Assembly (NCBI GenBank): GCA_046757525.1 | Contig: JBHHYI010000005.1 | Span: forward strand, 1 to 57,989 | Reading direction: 5' to 3' | DNA length: 57,989 bases | Origin: a bacterium | GTDB taxonomy: Bacteria > Zhuqueibacterota > Zhuqueibacteria > Oceanimicrobiales > Oceanimicrobiaceae | Shown: positions 57,321-57,989 of the stretch, piece after piece | Numbering within the stretch: the first letter of the stretch is position 1 | Layout of the letters: every line of letters begins with the position of its first letter | Notes under the pieces: generated by a model | Told to the model about the DNA's origin: nothing | What the model saw: only the letters and a program-made list of their open reading frames with translations | Database searches by the model: none | Translations under genes and position numbers: made by a program

Positions 57321-57989
57321 TCAGTAGGTCGTGTCGCCATTGGGCTTGCCGGAACCCAGGCCTTTGACGCCGAACACGGGCATGAGCCCGCTGGGCACCT
57401 TTTCTGGAACCGTAGTAAGCATGGGGTCCAGGGCAGTGCCAGGGTCGGTCAAGGCCTTCAAGAATTCCACCATGGCGTGAATCTCGTCGTCGGTCAGGCC
57501 CAGGCGTTCGGCCTTGCCATCGGCATCTTTCAACCGGGCATCGAGCATATCGTCGGTAACCGCCGGATGGCGAGGTTGTGCACCGTCGTTGTAGAAGCGC
57601 ACCACTTCCTCCAGGGTATTGAAGACGCCGTCGTGCATGTAGGGTGGCGTTAGCTCCACATTGCGCAACGTCAGGTTACGAAAAGCGTAGCGATCGGCGG
57701 CGTGCTTCGTATGCTCTTCGCGACCGGTATCATCGCCTGGCAGAACATCCTTGCCGCCGCCCTCCTGGGGCACTCCTTGAACCACAAAGGTGAAATCGTT
57801 GAACATGGGTCCACTATGACATTCCACACATTGCGCTTTGGTGAAAAAGAGCTCCAGTCCCTGTTTTTGCACCTCACTCAAAGCATTGTCATCGCCATTG
57901 ACGTAGCGGTCGTAAGGGGAATAGCGGGTAACCAGTTCCCTCTCGTAAGCGGCAATGGCGCGGCCGTAATTCAGAGTGTCGATGATCGC
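57321..57989 (-). CDS. Di-heme cytochrome c peroxidase / MauG family, C-terminal part (5' truncated by window)
   Basis: AYEREL..SPYD, CVECH, LRNVELTPPYMHDG; frame open to the window end. Confidence 0.92.
   Translation of the reverse strand, partial: AIIDTLNYGRAIAAYERELVTRYSPYDRYVNGDDNALSEVQKQGLELFFTKAQCVECHSGPMFNDFTFVVQGVPQEGGGKDVLPGDDTGREEHTKHAADRYAFRNLTLRNVELTPPYMHDGVFNTLEEVVRFYNDGAQPRHPAVTDDMLDARLKDADGKAERLGLTDDEIHAMVEFLKALTDPGTALDPMLTTVPEKVPSGLMPVFGVKGLGSGKPNGDTTY

Overview
A 58 kb bacterial chromosomal segment, mostly core genes. Gene content suggests an FCB-superphylum organism, most likely KSB1/Calditrichota-like (inference): FlgD/T9SS-type C-terminal domains, a PorX-PglZ regulator beside tsaE-tsaB, and a short SigA. 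Core genes: dapF, serB, selA, sigA, rlmN, moxR, tRNA-Pro(TGG), rdgB, holA, uppP, glmS, guaA, surE, accD, tsaB, tsaE. No CRISPR array, prophage or intact transposase was seen. Highlights: (1) a two-component system next to a complete sigma-54 promoter with twin palindromic enhancer sites, upstream of three uncharacterised exported repeat proteins; (2) an ECF sigma/anti-sigma operon whose HtrA-like partner lacks all three catalytic residues; (3) a Fur-boxed porin + FMN-binding protein + His-containing membrane protein operon, possibly reductive iron uptake; (4) two orphan microcompartment vertex genes beside a small Zn-ribbon protein; (5) two toxin-antitoxin modules whose toxins both have damaged N-termini; (6) an internally deleted rimI; (7) several structured dispersed repeats with compensatory base changes. 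All family assignments come from motif recognition by eye; no database searches were run.
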